This document shows positions 13,360-25,399 of a stretch of DNA of 64,000 nt, piece after piece; position 1 is the stretch's first letter; the number at the start of each line of letters is the position of its first letter. The DNA lies in assembly GCA_951406725.2 (NCBI GenBank), contig OX597825.1, forward strand, positions 54,684,001-54,748,000, read 5' to 3'. Position numbers and translations under genes: made by a program. The stretch comes from Octopus vulgaris. Its lineage: Eukaryota. A model generated the notes under the pieces. That model was not told where the DNA came from. It worked only from the letters and a program-made list of their open reading frames with translations, and ran no database searches.

Positions 13360-13708
13360 TGTAGTAAAAATTGTTTGCCAACATAACATGGCAGTCCTGG
13401 TTTAGGACTAATGTTGCTGTCATTTAGCCCCTGGAGACATCGTCTCCAGCTGACTCTACGACACGGTCTTTGTCCTTATATTTTCAAACAAGGGAATCTA
13501 GCATCACCACTCAGCTCAAAACAATATCTGTGTATCGCGATTTCTGGGTTATTTCTCTTCATCAGCACAGAATAATTGTTCGAAAACATAAGGACACAGA
13601 TCGTGTCGTATAGCCTGCTGGAAACGATGTCTCCTGGAGTTAAATTATAGCAACAATAGTCCTAAACCAGGACTGCCATGTTATGTCGTCAGACAATCTT
13701 TACTACAA
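13360..13708. mobile_element. Fold-back element with ~130-bp inverted arms, probably inverted Penelope-like pseudo-LTRs
   Basis: 13360-13491 is the reverse complement of 13577-13708 (e.g. ACATAACATGGCAGTCCTGGTTTAGGACTA vs TAGTCCTAAACCAGGACTGCCATGTTATGT). The spacer holds a hammerhead motif. Confidence 0.8.
13520..13580 (-). ncRNA. Type-I hammerhead ribozyme motif
   Basis: Minus strand: AACAAT-tat-TCTGTG-CTGATGA-agagaaataaccca-GAAA-T-CGCG-ATA-CACAGA-t-ATTGTT. Perfect 6-bp stem I plus a 6-bp extension across a bulge, intact cores, palindromic stem III (TCGCGA), AUA cleavage triplet. Stem II is imperfect. Confidence 0.7.
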
Positions 13709-13719
13709 AGTACTGCTGC

Positions 13720-15560
13720 TGAATATCTCACGTTGTGAGATTTAAAATTAGTAATAAAGCTATGTAGTTAAAGACTTTTTCTTCGTGTTGTGGGGTGCGT
13801 TTGGAATGCTGGTACGTATGTTTGTGGTTGTGATGATGGTGCCTGTGATAGTAGTGATGGTGATGGTGATGGTGATGGTAGTACTGATGTCGCTGCTGTT
13901 GAGTACGGTATTTGGTCATTGGTGCTTAAAGACACCTTCCCCAATTTGTTCATATCTCCCAGCTACTTTTTTTGTCTTTCTTTTTGCTGGCATACGGTTT
14001 CATTTTTTACCCTTTGTTACTATTTTTTCCATTTTGTGTACTCCTTGATACCTTCTCCATGCAACATGCCTGTGGAGTGTGAGTCGAAAAAGGAGAAGGA
14101 TATGTCTTAGAAAGTTTTGTGGTAATGTTTCGTTGATGTTGTTTATTTGGATTTTCCTGCTGCTGTGTGATTTTGGGGCCCGTGATAGTTCTGTGTTTTC
14201 TGTTGTTTTAGTTGCTGTTCCCTTCCCTGCTGCTGCTGCTGCTGTTGCTGCTGCTCTACGCGTCGAAGTCACTGTCGCTGTGCAGTTACCACTGTTTTCG
14301 CTATTACTGCATCTACTCTTTGCTTTCATTCATGCTTTTCTTTGGTAATATGCCACTCATGGTTCTGCTGCTGATTCTGCTGCTAGTGTCACTGTTGTTA
14401 TTGTAGTTGTTGTAGTGGTGGTGGTGGTGGTGGCGGTGGCGGTGGCAGTGGTGTTGGTGGTGGTGGTGGTGGTGGTGGTGGTGGTGGCGGCGGCGGCGGC
14501 TGCAGCGGCGGTGGTGGCGGCGGCGGCGGTAGCGGTAGCGGTGGTGGAGGTGGTGGCAGCGGCGGCGGCGGTGGTGGTGGTGGTGGTGGTGGTGGTGGTG
14601 GTGGTGGTGGTGGTGGTGTTGGTGGTATGGTGATGGTGGTGATGTCGATAAAATTGGTTGTCTTTCTACTTTCCTTCTTTGTTGTGGACAGAAAGACTTG
14701 AAGTGGCTTTAACATCTCGGCCTTCTGCTTTCAGCATCCGCCTGTAGTTTTGTCTCATCTAACAGATTGATCAGTTGCGGTGAATTTCTTGCTTTGATGA
14801 TCTGTTTGGTTCAATAGCTCCATCGCTTCAGCTGACCAATTTTGTGTCTGCAAACTCTGAACTTTTAGAATATCGTTTGTTTCCTTCTATGTCAAAAAGG
14901 AGAGATGCCACCAACCAGCAGATGTTTATTTCTGATTGTATGCTGGCTCGTTTTATTTTAACTACGGTCAAGGAAGATAGGGATGAGGAGCAGTTTATCA
15001 CTCCTTAGTGTTTTTATGTTTGTTCCCTTGCCTCATCCTCTGTAGAGAATCTCAGTTCTACTGTTCTATGCATTTATCTTATGTCGATGTGTTTGGTGCC
15101 CCAGATTCGTCTGCTCTATTTTCTTACTTCTTGTAGCTGAGGTTTTATATACAACCGTTCTGATCTTTGTTTCACGCTATATGGATTCCAGGATGTTGAG
15201 TGTGACCTTTCGTCTAGATCTAGTGAGGATGTTTTCTCTGACTCTCTCTAGTTTTCAGTAACTTCCTGTTCATATAGACATACAAGATTCGATTACTCCT
15301 GAGGACCACATAGCTATCCAGAAACTGTTCTTCGATGTGGGCGCAAAGATGAAATTCATAAAACTAGTGCTTTTGCGTAGATAGCACAGCTATTGTACAT
15401 GTTACAGAAGAAATCATTTGGGGGTTTCTTCTTAGAAGAGGTATAAAATCATTTCTTGGTCCTTCAGCATTCACCGCTTGCCGTATTCTACTCCAAAGTT
15501 GACAGCAAACCAAGTATCATCGCCACCATCACCTTTCTTTGGCTGGGTTCCTCTAGTTCT
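13720..15560 (-). mobile_element. Decayed LINE ORF1-like (Thr/Pro/His-rich) region
   Basis: Broken low-complexity minus-strand ORFs, similar in character to 32320-34090, which carries a zinc knuckle. No diagnostic motif here. Confidence 0.3.
14416..14640. repeat. (GGT)n/(GGC)n compound trinucleotide repeat
   Basis: Directly visible; source of the poly-Pro and poly-Val ORFs. Confidence 0.95.
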
Positions 15561-16160
15561 GATGCGACACGTGTTGCGGCACCAGCCAATCAACTAGTTT
15601 TTAAATAAATTTCTCAAGCAAAGAGGCATACTCTTTTATATGATGCTACAGTCATGCTTATTGCCTTGAATGAATACGACACACGTCCAGAACATCGTTT
15701 TGAGTTGTAATGCTAGCAAATTTCGCAGCTTGCTTTATATCATGCAGGTCTGCGTTATGGTCACTATTGTTTATACCATACAAATCTGAGTTTTTAGATT
15801 TCAAATTGTATTCTCTGGATTTGTAAGTGTATATGTTTACTTAATTATCGCTTCCTTTTGATATCTATTATTTTTTTCTTTTAATAATTCCTAAGATGAT
15901 TGTCAGTTATATTGTTTTCATAAAGAGAGGCTCGATTTTAGTGTTAATTTTGATGTTAAATTTGTTTCCAGCTGTTCATTTTTTCATATTCTCACGTATT
16001 ACACAGCTATTAAGGTCAATCACAAAAGGCTCAGATGTCCCCAATGTAAAGGATATAAATGATTCAAATATCAAACATCCAAAACCTATTGTTACAGCAG
16101 GTATTATAGCAATAATTTTCTTAAAAGGTCTGGAATCGAAAAATCATTTGCGAAAGATGC

Positions 16161-16317
16161 AGGCGTGGCTGTGTAGTAAGAAGTTTGCCTCTCAACCACA
16201 GAGTTCTGGGTTCAGTCCCACTGTGTGGCACCTTGGGTAGTTGTCTTGCACAATAGCCTCGGACCGGTCAAAGCCTTGTGAGTAGATTTGGTAGACGGAA
16301 ACTGAAAGAAGCCCCTC

Positions 16318-16352
<35 letters not shown>

Positions 16353-17088
16353 AAATGGGACAAGAACGCAAAACATCCCGACAGTAAGGTGATACAAGAA
16401 AGGGACAACAAAACATCCAGATAGACAATACAAAGAAAACGAGGACGGGTCACTCGGAGTTTTCATTCCTCAGTCGAGTTCCAGATTATCTTTGCAATTT
16501 CGGCTAGTTATGTTCGAGATTGCTCCAACCTGGCCAGCTCAAAGGAATCTAATGCTCTTAGCTGACCAGATTGGAGCAATCTCGAGTATAACCAGCCGAA
16601 ATTGCAGAGATAATCTGTAACTCGACTGAGGAATAAAAACCCCGAATGACCCGTCCTTGTTGTCTTTGTATCGTCTATCTGGATGTTTTGTGTTCTTGTC
16701 CCATTTTGTATTTTTATTTATGTATATATAGCGGCGTACGTACACTTTGGTCTCTTATATATATATGTGTGCGTGTGTGTGTGTGTGTGTGTATGTATGT
16801 ATATATGTATATATGTATGTATGTATTATGTATGTATGTATGTATATATATAAGTATATATGTGCATGTGTGTGTCTTTGTCTCAGTGTTTGTGCTCCCT
16901 TCCCATCACCGCTCGACAACCGGTGTTGATATTCTTATGTCCTCGTACCTTAGCAAATAAGACAGAATAAGTACTAGGCTTTAAGAAAATAAGCCCTAGG
17001 TTCGTTTTGTACGACTCAACCTCCTTGAAGGCTGTGCTCCAAATGGCCGCAGTCAAATGAGTGAAACATGTAAAATATGAGAGATAAA
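16161..17088 (+). mobile_element. SINE family B, full length, interrupted in its internal microsatellite by a fold-back insertion
   Basis: Head GGCGTGGCTGTGTAGTAAGAAGTTTGCC...GGGTTCAGTCCCACTG (16161-16316); 3' module at 16860-17088. Confidence 0.8.
16349..16710. mobile_element. Fold-back (near-palindromic) element inserted in (TA)n, possibly a Penelope-type inverted terminus
   Basis: 16408-16539 is the reverse complement of about 16560-16691, with a ~20-nt spacer. Outer TACAAAATGGGACAAGAAC / GTTCTTGTCCCATTTTGTA also pair. Confidence 0.8.
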
Positions 17089-17099
17089 ACTATTCGGTT

Positions 17100-18640
17100 A
17101 AGATATTTAATTATTTGAAGCCGCATAACGAAGCAGTAGCTCCCTTAGGACAGCTAGATCTTTATTTCAACTATACAAAAGAATTGAGTGGATATAGATC
17201 AGAGCCAAAATACTAAGGGATTATAAACGCTTTATTTTGCAACCTAAGCCCTTCGTGTAAAATCATGGAACAGACTAACCAAACATAGCGAAAAAGTGAT
17301 ACCAAGTATTGTTCAGAATTAACAAGCATCAAATGATAAAATGCGTGAAGAGATTTCAAAAGCAGACACAAAAAAAGCTTTGAAGGAGAAAGACAAATAG
17401 AAAAGAGGCCTAGAAAAAAACTAAAGGATACTAATACGATACAGTCCTCTCTACGATCACAATGGAATTATAACACAAACAAGAACCACTGCACAATATA
17501 CTCTGCAACCCAATAGAGATGAAGTAACAGTAAACAAGGAATAGACACCGCCAACCATAACACTGCAAAGTAATAGTAATAAAAAACAACAATTAGAGTT
17601 AGCACAAATGAATGCAGTCATTTAGAAAATATGGCGGACGGATTTGAATAAATGTTTGAAGAGATAAAGTGTACACAAATGATAGACAGAAGAGAAACCA
17701 TTAAAATATCATACAAGATAACAGAGTTCAAACAAAGAAAGCTAACTGTGCATTAGAAATAATTACAGAGCAAATGAATTAAAAAAAGATATAACAGGCT
17801 TTAACCAATACACCACAGCGTATGTGGTAACCAAAACAGTAGGCGTCGTAATAAAAGATAAAACTAGATGAACTAAGACAGATCGTGTTTGGAAAATACT
17901 CAACAGGGGATAACTTGTTAGAGAAAAGAGAAATAACTAGAATAAATGAAATTGAAAATAGGCTCAGAAAAGTGTTACCCTAGAAAAACAAAATTACATA
18001 GAGAAATTTAAAATTCAAGACGAACGTGATCTTAAAAATCACAAAAGAATTATTAATTCAACAAAGAAATATCAATTCAAAGCTCGTGTTGTCGAAAATT
18101 CAGATTTGAGGATAGATTCAAATAATTGAAATAAAATAAAACTTTGCAAGAACATATAGAATTAAATAACAAAACGATTATTATTGTTCGAAATGAATCA
18201 ACCAAGAGACAATAGAAATATTTTGGTGAAAAATGTAGAAAGAGAATGAAACAAAGCGTCAATTAATTAAATAAAGCAAAGACAAAATTAAATCATGTAG
18301 CACCTCGAAATGGAAAAAAATCCCAGCGTGAAACATAATGGAAGCCATGATCGTCAAAAGGTTTGAAAACGCCATGGACTAGATAAAATCCTACATTTCT
18401 GCATAAAACACATGTATACCTTACACTCACAAACTAGCAAAATTTTCATAAAATATTAAGGTATTTATCTTCCCAAATACCTGAGTTACTAGCAAAAAGA
18501 AGGGAAAAAATACCTAGAAATGGATGATCCTGAATACAGGCTAATCACATGCCTTTCTTTCTTGCATAAGCGCCTAATATCAGCCTACAAGAAGATATAT
18601 AACCTCCTCGACTGAAATGTTCTTTTTGAACGAATAGGAG
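17100..18640 (+). mobile_element. Decayed R4/Dong-like non-LTR element, region upstream of RT
   Basis: A-rich sense strand with remnants GLDKI.HF.IKH (18375-18412) and YRLITCL (18534-18555), matching the PGxDxIxNFWxK and YRPITCL motifs that precede RT in RLE-type LINEs. Confidence 0.5.
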
Positions 18641-18761
18641 GGAGTTGTGTAGTTTCCCTGGAAAACAAAACGAATTTAGAAGATTTCAGGCAGAAACAGT
18701 TGTCTTGATGGGGATGTAAACATTATCATCAGTTACTATATAATTATACAGTACCTTATGA

Positions 18762-19050
18762 CGACGCGTGGCCTGGTAGATAGGGTGCTACACTCACGAG
18801 CGCGAGTTCGATTCCTGGACCGGGTGGGGATTTGTGTTCTTGACCAAAACATTTCATCTGAAGTTGCTCTACAATCACTTCAGCATCTGACCTGTGGCAC
18901 ACCATGCACTTGTACAGATAGTGTCTATTTGATGGAAGAAGTGAGCTGGTGCAGAGTTTTCTGCAAAAAAATGCATAGGCGTCTTTTTTTTAAATCGAGG
19001 GACTACCATTACAGTGTTACGAGCCATACGTTGGTTAAAGCGCAAGGACA
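18762..19050 (+). mobile_element. SINE family C head, tail type 2
   Basis: GACGCGTGGCCTGGTAGATAGGGTGCT...GAGTTCGATTCCTGGACCGGG...GTGTTCTTGA.CAAAACATTTCAT, followed by a tail not seen in the other copies. Confidence 0.7.
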
Positions 19051-19054
19051 ATAT

Positions 19055-19123
<69 letters not shown>

Positions 19124-19445
19124 TGTGTCTGTGTGTGTGTGTGTGTGTGAAGAATGTAGTTGAGAAGTTTGTACACCAACAAGAATCGATGCGTTGTTTA
19201 TTTTTCCCCTCTCACTAACATGAACAAGTCCGCTTGCAGTCAATGGACAGTTGTCTGAAAGAAACTGAACATATAAGGTGCTTTTATTGTCTCACCTTTA
19301 CTTCATCTCATGTTTATGTTTATTTTCACAATAAAACTATTTTTCAAGTGATCGAGTCTTGTTTTCCACTCTTATGTGGAATTGTTCTTCGGGTGTCAAC
19401 AAGAGCCAAGATATCGAAATCAGACGGAATCTATCTGGTACACAC

Positions 19446-19536
<91 letters not shown>

Positions 19537-19692
19537 CCGTTATCTTCAAGATTACGTGTGTGTTTGTGTGTGTGTGCGGGCGTGTATGTATGTGAGCGTG
19601 AGTGGGTAAGTGGGTGGATGTGTATCTGTGTACTGGAGTTGGATAAAATAATAGACACCTTCCTAAATAGAAGTTATGTAATATGGAGTTAA

Positions 19693-20517
19693 GGCTGCGA
19701 GCTGGCAGAATCGTTAGCCGGCCGAGCGAAATGCTTAGCGGTATTTTGTCTGCCGCTACGTTCTGAGTTCAAATTCCGGCAAGGTCGACTTTGCCTTTCA
19801 TCCATTCGGGGTCGATAAATTAAGTACCAGTTACACACTGGGGTCGATATAATCGACTTAATCCGCTTTTCTGTCCTTGTTTGTCCTCTCTGTGTTTAGC
19901 CCCTTGTGGGTAGTAAAGAAATAGATTTTTCGTCTACCGCTACGTTCTGAGTTCAAATTCCGCCAAGGTCGACTTTTCCTTTCATCCTTTCGGGGTCGAT
20001 TAAATAAGTACCAGTTACGCACTGGGGTCGATGTAATAGATTTAATCCGTTTGTCTGTCCTTGTTTGTCCCCTCTGTGTGTAACCCTTTGTGGGCAGTAA
20101 AGAAATAGGAAACGTTATCACACCGGGCGAAATGCTTAGCGGTATTTCGTCTGCCGTTACGTTCTGAGTTCAAAATCCGCCGAGGTCGACTTTGCCTTTC
20201 ATCCTTTCGGGTCGATAAATAAAGTACCAGTTACGTACTGGGGTCGATGTAATCGACTTAATCCCTTTGTCGTTGGTTTTCCCCTCTGTGTTTAACCCCT
20301 TATGAGCAATAAAGAAATAAGAATAGTTAGCACGCCGGGCAAAATATGTAATGGCATTTCGTCTGTCTTTACATTCAGTGTCCTAATTCCGCCGAGGGCG
20401 ACTTTCATCCTTTCGGAGTCGATAAAATAAGTACCATTTGTGCACTAGGATCGATGAAATCAATTTACCCACTTCCCAGAACTTGCTGGCCTTGTGCCAA
20501 AATTTGAAATCATTATT
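19693..20517 (+). mobile_element. Head-to-tail array of four SINE family A units
   Basis: Units begin at about 19693, 19925, 20110 and 20322; each has GTCGACTTT.CCTTTCATCC.TTCGGGGTCGAT.AA.TAAGTACCA or a close variant. Confidence 0.9.
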
Positions 20518-20519
20518 GA

Positions 20520-21600
20520 TACGGAATTTGTCCACCTTTGGAATCAATCGCAGCTTTAGTACGTCGAGGAACTGAATTGCATAGATTCTCTATGGTTGTC
20601 AGGGGAATTTTAGCTACTATTCTTTAAGCAAAAGTCGTTTTTATCTTTCGGTGACAATGGCGATAGGTAGCTGTTTCATGCCTCCTTCCTCCAAAATTCA
20701 CCATAAACGTTTGTTTATATTGAAATCTGCTGATTCTGGGGGCCAATACAGGTTGTCTACTTTATTTTTTCCCCCTTTTGAAAATGTTTAGCTGTGCGAA
20801 TCAGCGCATGAAAGATTGCGTTAACACCGAAGAATAATATTTGTATTACAGCGTGGATATGATCAACTAAAATTCTTAGAGTATTCTTGGCATTAATTCT
20901 TCCATGTTGAACAACTAAAGAGCCGAGAGAATTACGAGATACGTAATCATCACAGACCCGCCTCTGTGGGTTGCACAAATTATCATAAACCCACCTCCGT
21001 GCTTTAGAGTAGGGTTCAAACAGTTCGAGTTGAAGGCTTGTTTTGGATTATCTCCAGGCATACATTCGCTGTGAAATGGGGGGAAAGGAAGGTCAATGAG
21101 GATTTATCAGAGATGACATATTTCCATTGATCCATTGACCTATTCTGACAGTCTTGACACCTTTTTCTTGCTTTTTAATATTGATGAGAGACAAGAAGTT
21201 AAGTAATTTCAGCCTTCCCAGGATATGATACCTTATGGACCGCACGACGAACGGTTTGGGTTGACGAAGCGTTGGCAGAGTGGTGGTTCAGTCCTGTTGT
21301 CACGTTCGCTGCCGTAGTTCGATGGTTTTTAGACATTATATGTTTCACTTCTTTGCGAGCCCTTTCTGTCAACTTTGCCCTCCAATAAGAATTGTCTTTA
21401 CAAAGCTGATTTAACATTGGTTTGGAGCTGCCAACATGATTTTAGAGATTGTACCTCTTGAATTATTAAGCAATTGAACTATTTTTGTAACAGAAGCTCA
21501 AGCCATTCGTACTCCAACAATTTGTCCTCAATGGAATTCAGATACATCATGTATTTTAATATATCTAAATATAAACACCTGCAAGTAAAAATAGAGAGCT
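20520..21600 (-). mobile_element. Tc1-like transposase relic
   Basis: Minus-strand fragments in order: DVSEFH*GQIVGVRMA (N-terminal HTH), KNHRTTAANVT...STQTVRRAVH (HTH2), GRINAK...ILVDHIH, and WPPESADFNINKRLW (Tc1 WPPxSPDLNPIENLW motif). Confidence 0.75.
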
Positions 21601-21613
21601 GTATCATAAACTA

Positions 21614-22613
21614 TCAGGTCATCCCATAAGATCTGTCCGATTTTACCTTTTTTAAAACTGAATGAAATTTAATAGTATTTTAGAATGTCTAATAGAATAA
21701 AAAATTATTTTTCTGTATTTGTGTACATTTAAACTAATTATATATTATTTTACAGAATAATAGAATGAAAATGACTTTGATAAAAAACCTATTCTAACCT
21801 TGAAGTATCCAAAGATCATTTAAGGCACATAATGCTTTATGAGTACAAAAAAGGAAACTCTGCTGTCGAAGTGACTCGAAACATACATTCAGTTTATGGG
21901 AAAGAATGCTTGAATGAAAGAACTTGCAGAAAATGTCTTGCAAAATTCAGAAGTGGAGATTTCAGCCTTAAAGATGAAGATCGAACAGGACGTCCAGTTG
22001 AGTTTGATGATAAGCTCCTTGAGGCATTACTTGGAGAAAATCCTGCATTATCATTTGAAGAAGTGAAAATAAAGCTTAGTTCAAACCATACAACTGTTCA
22101 TCGTCATCTTCAACAACTTGGAAAGGTTCCTAAACTTGGAAAATTGGTGCCTCATGAAATATTATCAAATCCCGAGTTGGCATCTGCTCTTCTCTCCATT
22201 CTCGCGAACTCATTTCACCCTTTTGGGGATAGATATGTGACTGGTGACGAAAAATGCATCTTCTATCGAAATGTTAAATGTCGTAAGCAGTGGCTTCGTA
22301 AAACAGAAATAGCTCAACCACAACCGAGAAGGGAACTTCATGGGAAAAAGGTTCTTCTCTCTATCTGGTGGGATTGCAGAGGAGTAATTCACTCTGAATT
22401 GTTACCACCAAACGCAACAATCGATGCTCAAGTCTACTGTCAGTAGTTAGAGCGTTTGAACCAAGCTTTGAAGAAAAAAGACCCACTTTAGTGAATCGAA
22501 AAGGGGTGATGTTTCATCAGGACAATGCGCGACCCCACACTGCAAAGATCACATCACAGAAGATCGAAGAGCATGGTTGGGAAAAAATCCTCATCCACCT
22601 TATTCTCCAGACC
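21614..22613 (+). mobile_element. Mariner element, pseudogenised and 3'-truncated
   Basis: TA followed by TIR-like TCAGGTCATCCCATAAG. ORF 21832-22446 has LYEYKKG, LVPHE (WVPHEL), VTGDEK and KKVLLSIWWD; then HQDNARPH and HPPYSPDL, after which it is cut by an L1/Tx1-type fragment. Stops and frameshifts present. Confidence 0.9.
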
Positions 22614-24900
22614 TGGTGGAGGTTGTCGTGGATTGATTTATTCGTAGCAGCACACATCTATGTCTCACCAACGAGTCCCTCAACAACAATCGCTAACCTC
22701 TTAGTCAACACCTTAGCCAAAATCTTGAAGTCTGCGTTCAGTAAAGTTATGGGCCAAAAACTATCAATGTGGAACCCCTGATCCTTTCTCACCACTGCAA
22801 ACACTTACAGGACTGATAATTCTCCCATCTTGTTTCCAGTTGCAGTCGATGTCTGCTTGAAGATGGCCGATAAGTCTGGTTTACAAGCAGAAAGTTCGAG
22901 AGCAAGACCAAACAAACCAGGTGATTTGCATGTCATGCAACTAGATATTATTTTCTTTATTTCAATGGAATTAATCTACTTTTCGCAACACACCGATGTC
23001 ACTGCCCAGATAATCGCAGTAGGTCGGTGAGGTAACAACTGAAATCCATCCTGCGATTCGGCCCACCTCTCGACCCGATTAGTTAAGCAAAGTGCAGCAG
23101 AATAATTACACACATATCTGCTTGGAGTCGAGTAACATGCACCTACTGTGGATCGCCAAAGACTGAATTGTGACTATGTCGCCATATTGCGCCCTTGTCA
23201 CTTGGGTCCTTAAAACTGCCTTCGTCCGCTCGCGTCTTAGAGCACGTGCCTTAGCTCTGACTACGCAGACTTCGTACTTCACGTTGAAGAATAAGTCCAG
23301 GACCAACCTCGATGCGAACCAGATGGCTGCGATATCTTTGCTAAACGCCTGTTTTACGTTTTCATTCTTTATTCACTAATTCCATTTCTATTCCTGCTTT
23401 CTCAATTATAATCTTAGTAAACCTTATTGATTCTATTCTAATTGCCTTTTCAGAGCAAACAACATTTATTGTCGGCGTATATTCCTGTCAATAACTGCTT
23501 AACTAATTATTTAATCCGGTCTTCGTAAGCTTAATGTGCCGGAAACGAGGCGTTGGACTTCCAGTAATTAGGTCCCTACGTACAAAGTCTACCTAGGTCG
23601 ACAGTACAGATCTCAAATATGTGTTCTGTGTAGCCAGCAATTTTAAATTGTGAACGTCCTATGCTATCCTTATTCACTGACCTACAGAATATTCCAGATA
23701 TGATCTGGATGTGATCTAAATTTGTACATAGGCACATTCGGGAAATTCTGCTTCTACATGGCAGACGGAAACGTCTAACTAGATTTGCGAGGTTTTTGCA
23801 CTTTACCATTCCTATCATCTATCCCCACACAATCTAAACATACATCCAAAATGGTGTTCCAATCACCCAATAATACTAAAGTACAAACAATTCCAAAGTA
23901 AGCTCCAGAAGCCTGAAGACATTTGGTTGTCCTACCCTTGTCGGAACGCAGACAGCTACTGGTTTTAAGGCGCGCTTTCTTCGCAGTTATTCACATCCAG
24001 ATATAGCACCTTACCATTTGGGCTTATGAAGACAGACCGCTCCTACCCTGTATGTTGTCTGAGTTCTTGTCCACCTTGAGGTCCGGACCAAACCTGACAC
24101 CGAGAAATTTCACCTGTTTGTCAGTTCGATTGCTTAGATTTACCTCTCCAGTTGCCGCCGAGCAGCAGGCCTACCGACTTGTTAACTCCTGCCATCTGCC
24201 ATCGCTTCATATTCCTTTAGAATGGAATTCATTACCTGAAGTTCTGTGATATCTGACACCATTACAGTAATGTCATCCGTATACACCCACTCAGCTTTCC
24301 CACATCCCAGTTCGAAAAGGATGCTTCAGAATTCTAACTTCCACAGTAAAGGCTCGAGAGTCAGAACTTATAGAAGAGACAAGAGTGGACACTCCCAAAG
24401 GAACGTGCCCGTAATATAAAACAGTTCCGAAAGGTGGCAGTTTACTTTGACCATCTAGCAAACACCACTGTGTATTGCTGCGATCCAACTGTTGACCACC
24501 AGCTGCTTTTAGGATTGCTGCCATGTATCGGTGGTCGGTACTATCAAAGGCTTTCGACTGATCTAAATTGGTCAGCTTTCACTCCAACGCCATATTTATT
24601 ACCCATTCCCTCAGTAGTCTAGTGCATGGAGTGGAGATTGTCGTAGTTAGATCCATTAGGGATCGCACACATTTGAGTTTCTCCGGCTAAAAAGAACCAA
24701 AAGCATGTCAGTACACGTGGAGCAAGGCTGATTTTATACTATTTTCGCTAATTTCCTCTACTTTTCCGAGTTAGTCTCGTAAAATTGATGTGTGCTTTCC
24801 AAAGATGACAGCATATCTGGAGAAATATCTTCACTTTTTAAATGCGGAATGAGCTTATGTCCTCCTTCCAAATTCTGTTTCCCAAATTTTCCCTCCAGCA
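22614..24900 (-). mobile_element. L1/Tx1-type LINE relic, rearranged (endonuclease and RT fragments)
   Basis: Minus strand: WPITLLNADFKILAKVLTKRL...SIHDNL (RT domain 1) at 22620-22760; LVLLGDWN and YWKSN (APE endonuclease) at 23550-23885; a degenerate YADD-region segment near 24255-24290, out of the normal order. Confidence 0.8.
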
Positions 24901-25399
24901 CATAAATTTCCTAACATAGCTAAGTACTATTCGTGCTAAATAGTAGTTACTGTAACAGATGAAGATGAATCTAATCTCACTACTATCCCCTTGCGAGAAT
25001 GGATTGTCAGTCAACTGTGTCGGAAACCAAAAGCCTTAAAGAGACGTCTCCCGTATGTCTCATAAAGTGTCAACAACAATAACAATAACAATAACAACAA
25101 CGCGAAAAAAAGCAAACACCAGCATAACAGATTAATATAGTCATCCCACAACCACCAGCAACAATGAAAGCAATAAAAACGACAGCAATGGCCACAGCAA
25201 TAAATTCAAAGCGATCTCAAAATCAAGCCTTCGTTTGCTACTATAATGCAAACGTAGATAAATTTAGCTTTGGATGACAGCACAGACTTCACTCCGAGAC
25301 ACCGACACTGCCGAGCCAGACCGGGTCGAATCATTCTTCCCCAAGAAGAAAAATAAGAATAAAGAACGCTCATCTATAAATGTATCGTCAAGAAAAGTA

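Noticed and set aside
14398-14715. Poly-proline ORF resembling formin/extensin
   Set aside because: Simply the reverse strand of the GGT/GGC repeat; no flanking domain.
15295-15335. CTGAGGA...GAAAC hammerhead-like spacing
   Set aside because: No complementary stem II or stem I.
19693-20517. CRISPR-like repeat array
   Set aside because: Units are ~200-bp SINE copies without unique spacers; eukaryotic context and no cas genes.
21832-22446. Domesticated SETMAR-like gene
   Set aside because: No SET domain or splice link; start codon lost, stop at 22444, frameshifts and missing C-terminus indicate a dead mariner.
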